Shown piece after piece: positions 12,001-24,999 of a stretch of 64,000 nt of DNA (the stretch's first letter is position 1; each line of letters opens with the position of its first letter). This stretch comes from Bugula neritina. Its lineage: Eukaryota; Animalia; Bryozoa. The notes beneath the pieces are model-generated. The model did not search any database. It was not told the origin of the DNA and saw nothing but the letters and a program-made list of their open reading frames with translations. The stretch is from positions 12,461,133 through 12,525,132 of the forward strand of contig OZ037771.1 of the NCBI GenBank assembly GCA_964035545.1, read 5' to 3'. A program made the position numbers and the translations under genes.

Positions 12001-15000
12001 GCAGTTTAAAGAACATAATGTAATGAGCAAATACTGAGTGTCAGACTAAACTTGCACTTATTTCTAAAGATACACCATATTTTAAGATTTATAAATCCCC
12101 AATGGTTAAAGCTATGTGAATTAGACTTAATTATCATACTATTCTGTAGCATGGTTGTATGAGTTTGGTTGTTGGTAACAGCAAATGTATTTAAATTGGT
12201 GGTTCTTTGATATGTGGTGTTTGATGGTATGGTGGCTGTTGTTGTAGGTATATCTGTAGTGATTGTAGTTGACGACTCTGGTGTAGTAGTAAACATTTCT
12301 GTTGATGTTGTGGGATGTGTTGCTTTGTTCACTTTCAGATCTGAATAGAATATAAACACTTCATAATGCAGTGTTTGTCCCCTATATAGCTGTATACTAC
12401 AGTATTTGGTTTTTATAGAATTCTCTTTGAGCTTCATTATTGGTTAATTCTCTGCTGCAAAACTTAGGTTTGAAGGCTGTTTTCTCAGTAAAAGTTATTG
12501 TGCAATGCAAGTTGATTTATCTATAATGTATATCAGCTATAGTACATAGATAGATAGATATATGACAAGCAAATAAATATCATACCGCTAAATGTTACAT
12601 CAACTGCATGGATAAAAATCAGTACAGGAAATGTGTTTGCTGTGAGAAAGTAGATTCTATAAATACTCAACACTGACTGTAATCTGATGCTGAGCAAAGT
12701 GTCCAGCACTCACCACATCCAACAAACTTTATGTCATCAACAGCAATATATGAGTGCATGTCTAATCCACTGACTCCTTCAAATACCACCTGGAAATAGT
12801 GTCATGTTGTGATAGAATTGTGGGTTTGAATGTAGCTAGTTGCCTTGCATGCTCGTTATGAAGAACAGGTCGAGAAATTGAGTATAAATTACGGTAGCTT
12901 TATTGTGTAGAATAATATAATAGGTCTGCATCCAGCGAGCTCCAGTAGTAGACTGAACTACTCTGGAACTCGCTGGCTTTTATATACAAGCAAGACAAAG
13001 ACATTCCTTTGTTGCCGAGATCGGAGACCCGAAGTGCCGAATATCGGCACCTCGAGAATCCGAAATGCCGAATTGTCATCTCGGCACTTCGGTAGTCCGA
13101 TATGCCGATTCTCAGCATATCGGTGTTTCGGAAGACCGAAGTGCCAATCTCGGCAACCAAGGACACACACACACATAGTATAAATCCATAACAATGTTAC
13201 ACTCACTTTGGGACATTTTCTCAATGTCACAAGCATTTTCACATGCATTGCATTTTTCCTAACGACACTCTTAGATTTTTATACACTAAAAATGTTACAT
13301 TTTGGTTTATATTACTTTTGTTGTCGGACTACTTAAAAGCTCTTGGCAATGTTTTTATTGATAGAAATTTGACGTAACAAACATAGTTTTCGACGTGTGC
13401 GAGCACAAAAAACATGCGACAAAGTCTAATTTGTACAGGTATCATCAAACCTTACATACGATTATAGTGAAGTTTGAGCAGGCAGTTTACCCAATATAAC
13501 AAACAGATTAGTTGTGTGTGTGTGTAGCTGAGCAGAATAACTTGAGCTGTTTATTATCAAGAGATACGTGATAATTTACATGATATACAAAACATACACT
13601 TGGTGCATTATGTGTCATTGCTATATATAAACTTATTCAATGTACCTGAAAGTCTCTTTGCGTATGAGTGCTTATGTCAATGTCGGCCTTGTACCATCTG
13701 TCATCACTTGGAGCTCGTAAATGGAACACAGGTTTACCAAGGTTGTCCAGGTTACTGGTTACGTACACTTTAAAGTTCTCTATAATTTATTGTTTAACAT
13801 TGAGTGACATAACTAATAGTAAGCTGCACAACATTCGTTGTCTATGGAGGACGTCAATATTTTATTAGCGAAACTCTGTTAGGCTTAATGGATACATAAT
13901 AATATCAATTGGTTGTTATTGAACCCATTTAACAAATTATTTCCATATAATTTACGAATTTGGATTGGTGCAATCTTTCAACTATTACCAATGTAAAGTG
14001 TTTTGTCATATTTGTGTCAACTGCATGTTATTAGAATTTTTGATTCGAAAATTTTAATTGCAATTCATTAATGTTTTAAACAATATGTAAAGTGAAATAA
14101 AACTGATGTCAAAGATGAACATTTTGATTCATGACAAAACCAGTGTTCCGCTTTCAATTGTAGCCAACACCTTTTATACTAATCTGAACCATGACCTATT
14201 TTCTTTTTACTATTATGATTACAAGATAACAAATTTGTAATAAAATTCCTGCGTTAACTTTGTACAGGCTGACAATAAAAAGAATACGTTTATTGATATT
14301 GGGCAATCACAAATACTAGTTCAATATAATGCTTTTCTTAATTCATTATTTTATACTTTACTACTTACGACAATTGAAGCCACACACTTTGGCGCAGTTT
14401 CTTTTCATGTAACTTGCAAAATTTACGCAGGTAGTCTCTTTGGTCTGCTCCCACGCGTTGCATGCTGCATCACCTTGATCATTCTTGCAATTAACTAAAC
14501 AGTAAACAGGCATGCGTATTTAGTCATATCTAAGAACAATTATGCACTATCAATAATAAAATAAAATATGCATTTATATGAAACAAATGGTGATTGATAC
14601 GAGGAGATATATTCCAAAAACTGCTAGCAAGTTGTTACTTTTTTATTCATAGAATAATTTAAGATTCTATTAGTCTATGTTTATTTTTGAATTTAAAAGA
14701 GTGCAACTCAAAGTTTTTGGATCTGATGAATTTCATTTAACAAAAACCAAGGTAGAGTGAATGACATGCAAATACAATATGAAGTTTGAGCAATGATTCA
14801 ATAGTAGCCAGGGTTGTGCTTATGGCTGATAAATTAGATGACCGGATATTTTGAAATCATCTTCTTTTAAGAAAAGACAACTTCATATGGATTGACCATG
14901 TAACCAGCGCAATAATTTATTTGATGTATAGAAACATGGAGAGCTACAAGCCTTCCTTCAGACTCAATTTTATGCTTTTCACACACATTATACTCATGTA

Positions 15001-18000
15001 ATATAGACACGTAGTCTTTGTCTTGGCTCTACAGTAAAATGCTTGACATCTTACAAAGCTTGGTGCACATAGTGTGAAGGGTTTCTGTGATTATAATTTA
15101 TAAAGCATTATGCCCAATGCTGTGTATTGATTAACTAAGGCAGCAGCCATAGTCTGGTTCAAAGTTGGAGTCCTGTTTAGTATGACTGAGGTCATTGCCA
15201 TCAGTGATGACAGGAAAAGCATGTGGTCATATAATATCTTTCTACATACAGAGGAAAATAGTTTCTAATTGAATACAATATACTTACAGAAAGTAGGGAG
15301 CAGCCGTGGTCTAGAGGTTAGAATGTTTGCTTAGTGAACATGAAGTCATGGGTTCAATCCCGGACAAAAAACATTGGTGATGTTAAGAAGAGCATCATGT
15401 CATAATTACTCTTGTGCCTCAGCTAAATAAGTTCTTAGGCTGATTTAACAAAAAAAGCCTCCCACGATCAGGGGTTTTCTCACAAAGATGGTGACTATAA
15501 ACTTGCGTAAGTTTATATACTTACAGAAAGTAGGGGAATAAGTATTGTACTTGAAGGTAAGATGACAGTTTGGGCTGATAGTAAATTGGTCTATTATTGG
15601 AGATGTAAAAGTAGCCTTTTCAGTTTTTCCTCGTTGTGTAACAGACATGACAGCAAAACTTCCTGAAAAAGCCAACCATGAAAAGCATACATGTTTCAGA
15701 CAAGATCTATAACAGGTGTAGAGCAATGTATGTGAGGGAGGTAAGGATTTTACCAGTAGAAGAGTTAGAAGCATCAACTGATGGTCCAGTTCCTAAACTT
15801 GGGTTTCCATCGCTACCAATATCCCAGTTCCAGTAGTATGACTGACTGGTCCAACCACACGGAGAGCCTTGCTCAAAGTCACAATCATACATGTCTGTAA
15901 GATAGAGAAACCTAGTAGTTTGGAGTCAGTTAAAGAGGTAGGTGCAGCAATGGGGAAGTTTTTCTACTACTGCTTTTAAATGCAGCTACATGATACAATT
16001 GGTTAAGGTTAATAATCAAGTAAAAGATTTTAAAGAAGTGAGAAACGTGACTGAGCTACTAAGAAAACATAGTAACCATAGTAACCATAGTAACCATAGT
16101 AACCACTATTAACAACTTCCCATTAACAACGTCCATTATACACTCTTTCAATCAACTGGTGTTACTTATAGTGTAAGATTCTCTCAATAGATCATGTAAA
16201 GAAGTTGATAACAGAGAAAAACTTTAACTTGATAGTTTTTGTTAGAGTTGGGTCACATTAGATGAATTTTCTTGTACAAACCAAAAGAGGTGAACTTTGA
16301 TGTGAGAGTTATAACCAATCATACACAATACACAGCCAGCTAAAGAGGAATTTTACTAGCTAACAATATTTGCATTTAAATTTAGTGCTCCGCTACACCG
16401 CTTTTGTTTACAGAGTTACGTCTGCTGCGGTGCAGGTCTATTGAGAGTGTAATTAATAAAAGTGCTTTGAAAATGGAAAACTATAAATTGCTAAAAATTA
16501 AAAGTGAAAGCAAAAACTGGGCTTTCTAAGAGTAATTAGTTCCAATCGGACCAAATTTGCAGATACTTTCCAAATTGGCTATCAAGCATGTTCGCTGCAT
16601 TATTTCGTATTCGTGGATTTTTTTCAATGTGTCCGATGCAACCTCAAACTTATAGAATTTGTACTCTGGTAAAATTCTACTAGTCTGTAAATTAGGTGAA
16701 TAGGTAAAGGTGGCACATTTGTGAGACATGCCGAGGAGTGTTGTCTAAGTAAATCAATGCAAAGACAAACTAAACTTTGAAGTTATCTTTGAAACTTTTC
16801 CACGTAGCCACAAAAGTCTGTAGAGGGCCTATCACTTTCAACATAAATGTTCGAAACCACACTATAATGTGACTCAGTTAGAGTAATAAAACGGATGGCT
16901 GAATAAACCCTACAAATTGCCTACGGAGAAATACCATTATCATGTGTCACCTGAGTCTATACTGTGCACTTTTCAGATGGTATAGTTTTACCTGGTTTGG
17001 TAGAGCTCAATGGCACTGTAGATAGAACTGTTGCAGATGTTACATTAGAGGTTGTTGGTGCTGGTGTTGTGATTGGCTCAGAAGTGGTAGTTTGATTTGG
17101 TTCAGAGAAACCTGTCGGCATATATGATAATTGAGTTGTATTTTGAAAGAAAATACTGTGTAGATGTGTTATAATGGAGTTCTAAAATATCGGAGAAAAT
17201 GATTCTAGCAATGCAGACACATAATGTTAAAATATTAGGATTTTTCAAGTTTAAACATAAGATACTGACTCACGCCTATATCTATTTCTGAACATTTCAG
17301 AATTCATTGTAGGTTAAAGAACGTAATTAGGTAATACTGATTGCATGGCAGACTAAACATGTTCTTATTTCTAAAGATACACCTTATTTGAGATTGTAAT
17401 ATTGTGGTTAAAGCTGCAGGACATAGAATTAAGAATCATACTATTCTGCAGCATGGTTGTATGGGTTTGGTTGTTGGTAACAGCGAATGTATTCAAATTA
17501 GTGGTTCTTTGATATGTGGTGTTTGATGGTATGGTGGCTGTTGTTGTAGGTATATCTGTAGTGATTGTAGTAGGTGACTCTGGTGTAATAGTAAACATTT
17601 TTGTTGATGTTGTGAGAAGTGTTGTTTTGTGTATTTGCAGATCTTGCATATAGGTAATATAAACACTTTATAATGCAGTATTTGTCTCCTATATAGCTCT
17701 ATACTAGAACGTATTTGGTTTTTATAGAATTCTCTTTGAGCTTCATTATTTATTAATTCTTTACTGCAAAGCATGACTTTCAAGACTGTTATCTCAGTAA
17801 AAATTATTGTGAACTGTTAACTTTTTTGTGTTCGCTATGCCAATAAAGACATATAAGTATGCATAGCAAGCTAACACATATATGATCCTATTAAATGTTA
17901 CATTAATAGATAAAGGTACAAAACAGCACAGAAAATATCTTTGATGTAGGCAAGTTTCTTCTAAAACTGACAACACAGCAAAATAATTTTTTGAAAGATT

Positions 18001-21000
18001 TTTGAGTCACAAGAAAAAGCTGCAGAAGATTTATTACTTTCACTATGCAACACCAATTCGGAACTGAAATACTGCTATGTTTAAGTAAGCTGATAAACCT
18101 TTCATTTATTTAGTTAGAGCAGTAAAACTAATAGCCAAATCAATGAACAAGAATTAGGCGCACGGTTCTTTCATTAGAGTGTTATCACTTGAGCTTACTC
18201 TGTGCACTTCTTGGATGGTATACTCTTACCTGGTGTTGCAGAGCTCAATTGTACCTTTGTAGTAGATGTTGCAGTAGAGGTTGTTGGTGGAGACATTATG
18301 ATTGACTGAGATGTTGTAGTTTGATTTGGTTCGGGAAAATCTGAAGGCATTGAAAATTGATTGTTATTGTATTTAGAAACAAGAGATACTTTAAGGGTTG
18401 TACACTCAACCTCTAAAACATCAGAGATGAGAAAAAAATTTCAATTTTATATACTTACAATATTAACATACTATGAAGCCTAATTGCGGGTTTAAAACTT
18501 GTTTGTTCATATATTTCAATAAGAGTTAGTTAAGAACTTACAAAATAATGCATGGTCTTTTGAATCAAGTCACAAAAACAGAATGTTTTTGATAACATAA
18601 ATTTTATACTGTAAATTTTTTGTGTTTGATTTTAGTGCTGCAACACAGTACTTTGAGCTGGCAAATGTTTCTTACATGCAGAGATGCACTAATAGGGGTT
18701 ATCTTCTCTTTGTTATATTATATATTGTATAAAAGTGCAATTGATGCAGAGGTCTCTGTACGCAGTTGCTTGCCTCATTTTCCCTAAGTAATCACACTTT
18801 ATTCAAATTTCCTGCCCCATAGCAATATTTTAGTTTAGTTTAGTTTTGCAATAGCTAAGCTTTCTATTTTATTTAATCTCACAAGCTGACAATGTTCTAG
18901 TGTGCTACGAGTTATTATAGCCATAGCTTAGCAGCTCTAAAATGGTAGAGTTAGGTGCAGGCAATAATGCCTGTGAATTCTAAACTAGAAATGTAGCAAA
19001 AGAAATTCTGTTCAACACGCACCCCAAATCAAAAATTAATAAGAAAGTTACAGAGCTTAGGCTATCTCAAATTTTTTCACTATTGCTCCTAAATAAAATT
19101 GTAAATTGTTACTAATTGACAATTACTACTAGTTTTAGTGCATTTAAATTTGTTCAGTTTATTTTAAGTGAACATAAATAAAAATGCAATAAAAAACAGA
19201 GGAAAAACATTAATATTTTTAATAAAGAGATAGTGTATTCAAATCAGTTACCCAGCAAATGTTTTGAGAAAGAATCTTTAAAAAATCTTTGCCTAGTTAC
19301 ATTTTATGTATTAATAAATTGTTCATGTATATCTTGCTTATCAGCTAAATTTAAAGTCCAGGTATAGTGCACTTAAGCACACAGTTTCATAATAAATATT
19401 ACGAATACGTGTTCTGAATTCAGATATTTTTGCATCTGCAATGTTGTAAAACTGATGCTATAGTTCTTGCTAACTTGGACTTTTGACATTTATTATAGTA
19501 GTTTATAGAAGATATATGGTAGTTCCATTTGTTTTCTTATCCAACAGCATGCATAGCCTGTGTTTTACACATTTAAGGCAGAGAAGTAATCAACTTTTGT
19601 TCTACAGCAGCTAAGACTAGCAAACAATGAAATCAGTAATACTATGTCTCAGCACTGGCGCTGAGCCAAACAAAACTTAATCAGCAGGTGAGTCACCACT
19701 CGAATAAATTAAAGAGCTGTAGGCACAAAATCTATTCTAAAACCAAGATCTGTTTGAGCATGTTATACTATCTTCAAGTTATATTTAACTGATAACCAAG
19801 ATATATGTGAACAATTTAGTATACTGCATAAATGTAACGTTTCACTGATACTTCAAGAGTACACTTGTTATCATTATACCAATATAAGCTGTATTACTTT
19901 TTTTATCAAACTAACTGCATTTACTATCATTATTATACTGCTACTATATGTACTTACTACAGCCAGTGAAGTAGATGTTATCTACAGCAATATATGAGTA
20001 TGTATCCCAGGTAGTAATAGCCTCTATGGTGATCTAAAAAGAATAGGATGCAGCAAGGTTATATATGCATTCGTTTCCTGCAATAATGTAGATCTACTAA
20101 TCTTATAAAATATTATTTTCCCTAAATAATCTCTCAAAAGGTTTATAGCAAAGGTGCTTGTTGAAAGTTGGAACTTACTTGCCTCAAAACAAACCAACAA
20201 TAAAGCTCAGTTTGTGATATTATCACAGAAGTGGTGTGACCAGATGATCTGTTAGCATTTACTAATTACCATGCTAAGCCCGCAAATGATTTCAAAAGGC
20301 TAGGCTAGTGTTCTTATGCTCTAGAATCTAGAGTCTAGATTCTAGATTCTAGATTCTAGATTCTAAAACAATGTGTAGCTGATCAACAGCAGTATTATAG
20401 TAGACCGAAAATGATTAATAAAATTATTTGACCTAATTCAAACACTGCACAGAGTTAATTCAAGCTACTGGAAATCTACAATTGTTCTATAAGCAGCTCC
20501 GAGTTGGAGGTGAATAACGATGTTAGTTTGAGGGTCTCAAGTTTGGAGTTATGTCCCCAACTCCAAGCTTGACACCCCAAACTGAAACATCCTCCCACCA
20601 TTCGAAGCTGCTTATCATAGAACAATTCAGTTGTAACCTGAAAGCCAAAGAATTTCAAAATTTACGCTATACTAGTAACTTCAAGACAAAAAGCTAAGCC
20701 CAACAGGGTGTGGCTATATAGGACAATTATAAGCTAACTTCCTTGTTCTGAAGTAACCTAACATTCTAGGGAGAGTAGAGGGCAATAGCCCAAACTATTA
20801 GTTCCCAAAGTGTTGTATTAGTCACCAACTTCAGACTTCAGGTCCCATAATTATAAACAATACAAACACAAATATTATAATATACATAATTGTATAAATG
20901 CTATGTATATTTCTTTAACAGCTAGATAATAATAAACGTTAAATAATATGTTGACATGTGTAAGTGTGAACAATGTTGTTAGCAATTTTTCTCACTGATC

Positions 21001-24000
21001 ATCAACAAACATATAATCGAAAGTCATAGTCAAAATAAGTGCAGCTAGCTTGTTTTAAACTATAAATAACTCAAACTAATTTATTTGGTTCCTATATTTT
21101 TAAATTTAGAATGATACATAATCAAAGAAATATATCGCAACCTAAATCATATTTAATTTCTTCTGTATTTCAATAAATATTATAGTATCCAAAAATTGTA
21201 GAAAGTATGACACCAGTCAAGCTACTATACTATAGATCAATTTACCTCCATATTCTGTCCTGTATACCTTTCAGGTATGACAACTGTTTCATCTGTCCAC
21301 GTATCACCGTAAACAACGTTAATCGCGAACTCCTCCTCCTCCTTACCCACGGGACCATCGACCTTCACCTTTAACTTAGCTGCAAACATGCCGTAGTTTC
21401 AAGTCCAATCTCATAGTTTAGTATATTTATTTCACTTTTTATTGCTGAATGTTCATGATTCATTAATACATTTATAGTATTGGCATCTTCATTTTGCTTA
21501 AATTTTCTATTATAAATTATATATACACTAGACAAACTTATTATTCGAATAGAAAAATCTATAGTTGAATAAAAGCTGCAAGTAAGAGTTTTACTAAAAA
21601 TGTATTATTAAATTTGTTTCAATGAAAAAATGTTGTTTTAAATTCTCTTATTTTTGAAAGAACCAAATATTATTTGCTACTAAAACAACACATGCGTTTA
21701 GGGCTACTTTTTTGTACTGTATTACATTACTCTGCTTTACAATTGGCAGACATATAGTTAAATTAGAATAGAGAGTTCTGTTATAGACGAAGGCAGATAC
21801 CTTTGCAAGTTGGTGATCTGGGAATGTCATATACTTCTAAAAATAAACTTGCAAAGATACTGCATACTTAATGTATTTGTATTTATTTGGTGTTCAGGAA
21901 ACTACATGATATGAACACAAATTACGTCAAACACGGTTCTTGCTTATAATAGGTCAAGTCAGGGACTTTTCAAGTAAAAAACGGATGATACAGCACTTGC
22001 ATAGAATAATATATGCAGCTATACAAGTAGCAACACTTACAGCATTGAATTCCACAAACTTTGGCACAGTTTGTTTTCATGTATCCGTAAAACTGATGGC
22101 CAGGAACGCACATGGTAGCCCGGTTTTGAGGTGTGTCTAACCGTTGACATATTAAGTCTCCTTTCTGATTAATACAAAATCCTGTGTTAAGAAAAAAGGC
22201 AATTTTGCTCATATATTTGCTCACATCAATAGAGTACATAAACTGTGGATATCATAGAAAAAGCCAAAAAGGTACCAAGCAGTTTAAAGAAAAGCTATAA
22301 TATATTGAATAATATAAACTATAGAACATAAACTTATCATAGTGTAACATTATCATTTCAATTAGCTTTAATTAAAGAATTCCTGACACATGCTCTATTT
22401 ATGCAGTAGTAAAATATATTCATATAATTCCTAGCTAACATCTACAGACTGTTTGATGGTTGCATGCTCAAACAGTTTGGCATTATAAGAAAGTCTATGA
22501 TCGCGTTGTAGAAGTTTCTGAAGTCCATGTTCTACTATAAAGCTATAAATATTAAATATTGCTAAGTTTTAATGCATGCTATTCTTAGTTGCTGATTGAA
22601 ACACACAGCTTAATCACTCAAATGGCTCGCAAAATCAAAGTTTAAACTTTCAATATTTTAATACTGCGTAAATAAACTGTGTAATTGATTTCTTATATTA
22701 ATAATTCCTCTAGAATTAATTATTATTACAAACTTATTTGTAGGCTCACAAATAAAATAGTAGCAATATCAAAGTTTATTCCTATAAGATATTACAAATA
22801 TATCATTTATATACTTTTATACTTTCTTTAATATATCTAGGCAAGCAATGCATATATAGGTATATATATAATATGCAATCACTAATGCTCGTAGCTAATG
22901 ACCTATAGGACATAAATTTTAAATAAGTCAGTTTGCAACATAATACTCTTGTTTGTAATGAAATACCTAGGCTGAACATATATTATAAGTATAATAGTTA
23001 CTTAATGTATAATGTATAATGTTCTATTTTAATACAAACTTGGATATCCTGTAAAAATGCTATAGGAAAAATGAAGCTGGCAATTAGAGCTCATTGCTGA
23101 ACTAGCCATTGGTGGAGAGATCAAGGACATTTTTGCTTCTGTTTTCTCTTTTAAAATGGCAACATTGGCAAAATGACCTAAAAATACAGAAATGTTAGTA
23201 TAATGATATAATTTATTATAAGTGCCTATAAAAGGAAAAAAATAAAGCTGCATATGTGTGCGTGTGTGCGTGTGTGCGTGTGTGCGTGTGTGTGTGTGAG
23301 CCTACTTGAACTTGAAGTGATATAGGTATAACCTGAGATCTAGTGAGTGAATGTATTATGAGAAATAAGATAACTCCAATAACAAAAAGCTGGATAGCTG
23401 AGTGGTTATACATTGTAACTTTTACATCAATAATAACTGGTTTTAGGAGAGCTTTGATATGCACATGGGTCATTTTACTCAATTTATTTACAATTTAGCT
23501 GCTAATGAACATGGGTCTTTGCTCAAAACTAGTAAAAAATCAATAAATACATTTAAATAACCAAAGTTATTTTTTAATTTTGCTTGACTTTTCATGTTTT
23601 TTCCTAATTAATCAGCTATGTTTGATTGAGGACCATCACGGTTTTTTCCGTAACAGTCCACAATCCAAATTATTAATTAAGTAAAATGACCCACATTCTG
23701 CTTGCATTATTACCCACATTATACTCTGCACAACTTACAAGCAGCTATGATATAAATGTTCTAATTACAACATCTCGCTGGTGAAATAAATTTTGTTTAC
23801 CAGTGGATTGGCCTGAAGCATCCGTTGGAGGTCCAGTAGCACGTGACGGCACACCCCCTTGTCTTCGCTTCCACTGGAAATCCCCATATGAGCTGTGTGA
23901 TGTCCAGTTACAGAAACTGGTTTCAAAATCACAGTCATAGACACTGATTGCTTTGCTTCCTGCAACGTGATAGTTTACTTATTAGTATAACTTATTAATT

Positions 24001-24999
24001 ATTATTATATAACTTATTCTTATAGCTTATTAGTATATAACTTATTATATAACTTATTCTTATAGCTTATTATAGTATATAACTTGTTATTTTATAACTT
24101 GTTATTATATAACTTATTATTATAACTTATTAGTATATAACTTATTAGTATATAACTTATTAGTATATAACTTATTAGTATATAACTTATTAGTATATAA
24201 CTTATTAGTATATAACTTATTAGTATATAACTTATTAGTATAACTTATTAGTATGTAACTTATTAGTATAACTTATTAGTATATAACTTATTAGTATAGC
24301 TTACTAGTGTAATTTATTAAAAGCTGCTCAAAATACTAATAGGTCTGTTGCATATAAGAGCTTCAATTTGCACTTTTGAATTGTACCTTTTCTTGTAGCT
24401 CACCTTAGAACAGCATATTATATCGCACTAAAACTCTTATATGAAATGCAACAGCTAGTGCACATTGAAGTTAAGCTATATTCATAGTGAAAAAAGTGCT
24501 GAATTTTCATTTTCAAAATAAATATTACATTTTAAAAAATAGCACATATTATACCATTCATTAGCTAAATGAGCTTCTAAGCTGAAAATTACTCTTTAAA
24601 ACAAACTATTATAGCACTTATAACAACCGTTTTGAAAAATTCTTCAATATAAATTTCAGAAAATGTTATTTACATGATCTAGTACCAATTTAATAAAATG
24701 TTCAATAGTAAATTACTATCATTTTTTGCAACTGTCTTTATGTTAAACTAGAAATAAAAATTAAACTTCAATGATGTTTGTAGAATCCGTAGGACATACA
24801 AATAAAGCTATGTTTGTTGAATCACTTGAAAGCTAGCTGTACAGCTTGTTGATCACAACTCTGTTGGCATAAAGAAGTAAAAATACAAAAATTACATAAC
24901 TGTCTATAGAATCGATAGTAATTGAGATGAAAATATTAAAAAAAGCTTACCTCCTATAAACAAAACAACTGCGAAGAAAAAAGCCGTGGTGAAATGCAT
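9086..24999 (-). CDS. Secreted protein: signal peptide, [MAM with nested ShKT], mucin, [MAM with nested ShKT], mucin
   Basis: Exons 24999-24951 (MHFTTAFFFAVVLFIG), 23959-23801, 23177-23040, 22181-22041 (ShKT), 21379-21246, 20033-19958, 18340-18230, 17642-17442, 17111-16992, 15894-15754, 15662-15525, 14494-14369 (ShKT), 13779-13646, 12789-12714, 12340-12140, 11832-11713, 10892-10773, 9240-9086. All phases compatible. MAM motifs CDFE..CxW, TGPxxD, LISP, CxLxFxY, IAVDDI/IAVDNI. The 3' end is less certain. Confidence 0.85.
9886..10100 (+). mobile_element. tRNA(Thr)-derived SINE family 1
   Basis: tggtctagggg A box, ctAGTaa anticodon-like loop, shared body; TSD ttagtataattttat (9871-9885, 10101-10115). 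Confidence 0.88.
13005..13163. repeat. GC-rich fold-back element built from gccga/tcggc units (MITE-like)
   Basis: tcctttgttgccgagat ... atctcggcaaccaagga inverted ends, with internal inverted motifs. Confidence 0.65.
14369..14494 (-). CDS. ShKT domain exon 2 (inside MAM domain 2)
   Basis: FNCKNDQGDAACNAWEQTKETTCVNFASYMKRNCAKVCGFNC; six Cys with the ShK C-terminal pattern MxxxCxxxCGxxC; 126 nt, phase 1-1. Confidence 0.85.
15296..15514 (+). mobile_element. tRNA(Thr)-derived SINE family 1 inserted at a splice donor
   Basis: gggagcagccgtggtctagagg head; flanking direct repeat atatacttacagaaagtaggg (15278-15298, 15515-15535). Confidence 0.88.
22041..22181 (-). CDS. ShKT domain exon 1 (inside MAM domain 1)
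   Basis: FCINQKGDLICQRLDTPQNRATMCVPGHQFYGYMKTNCAKVCGIQC; 141 nt, phase 1-1. Confidence 0.85.
23975..24310. repeat. AT-rich 14-16-bp minisatellite (tataacttattag[ta]) next to a splice acceptor
   Basis: Directly visible. Confidence 0.9.

Noticed and set aside
16370-16840. Possible DNA transposon remnant (also ~18700-19380)
   Set aside because: Composition is suggestive, but I could not define matching TIRs or a TSD by eye
20476-20658. ORF MKFFGFQVTTELF... as an exon of the MAM gene
   Set aside because: MAM1 is complete without it and its exon lengths already match MAM2; no domain motif
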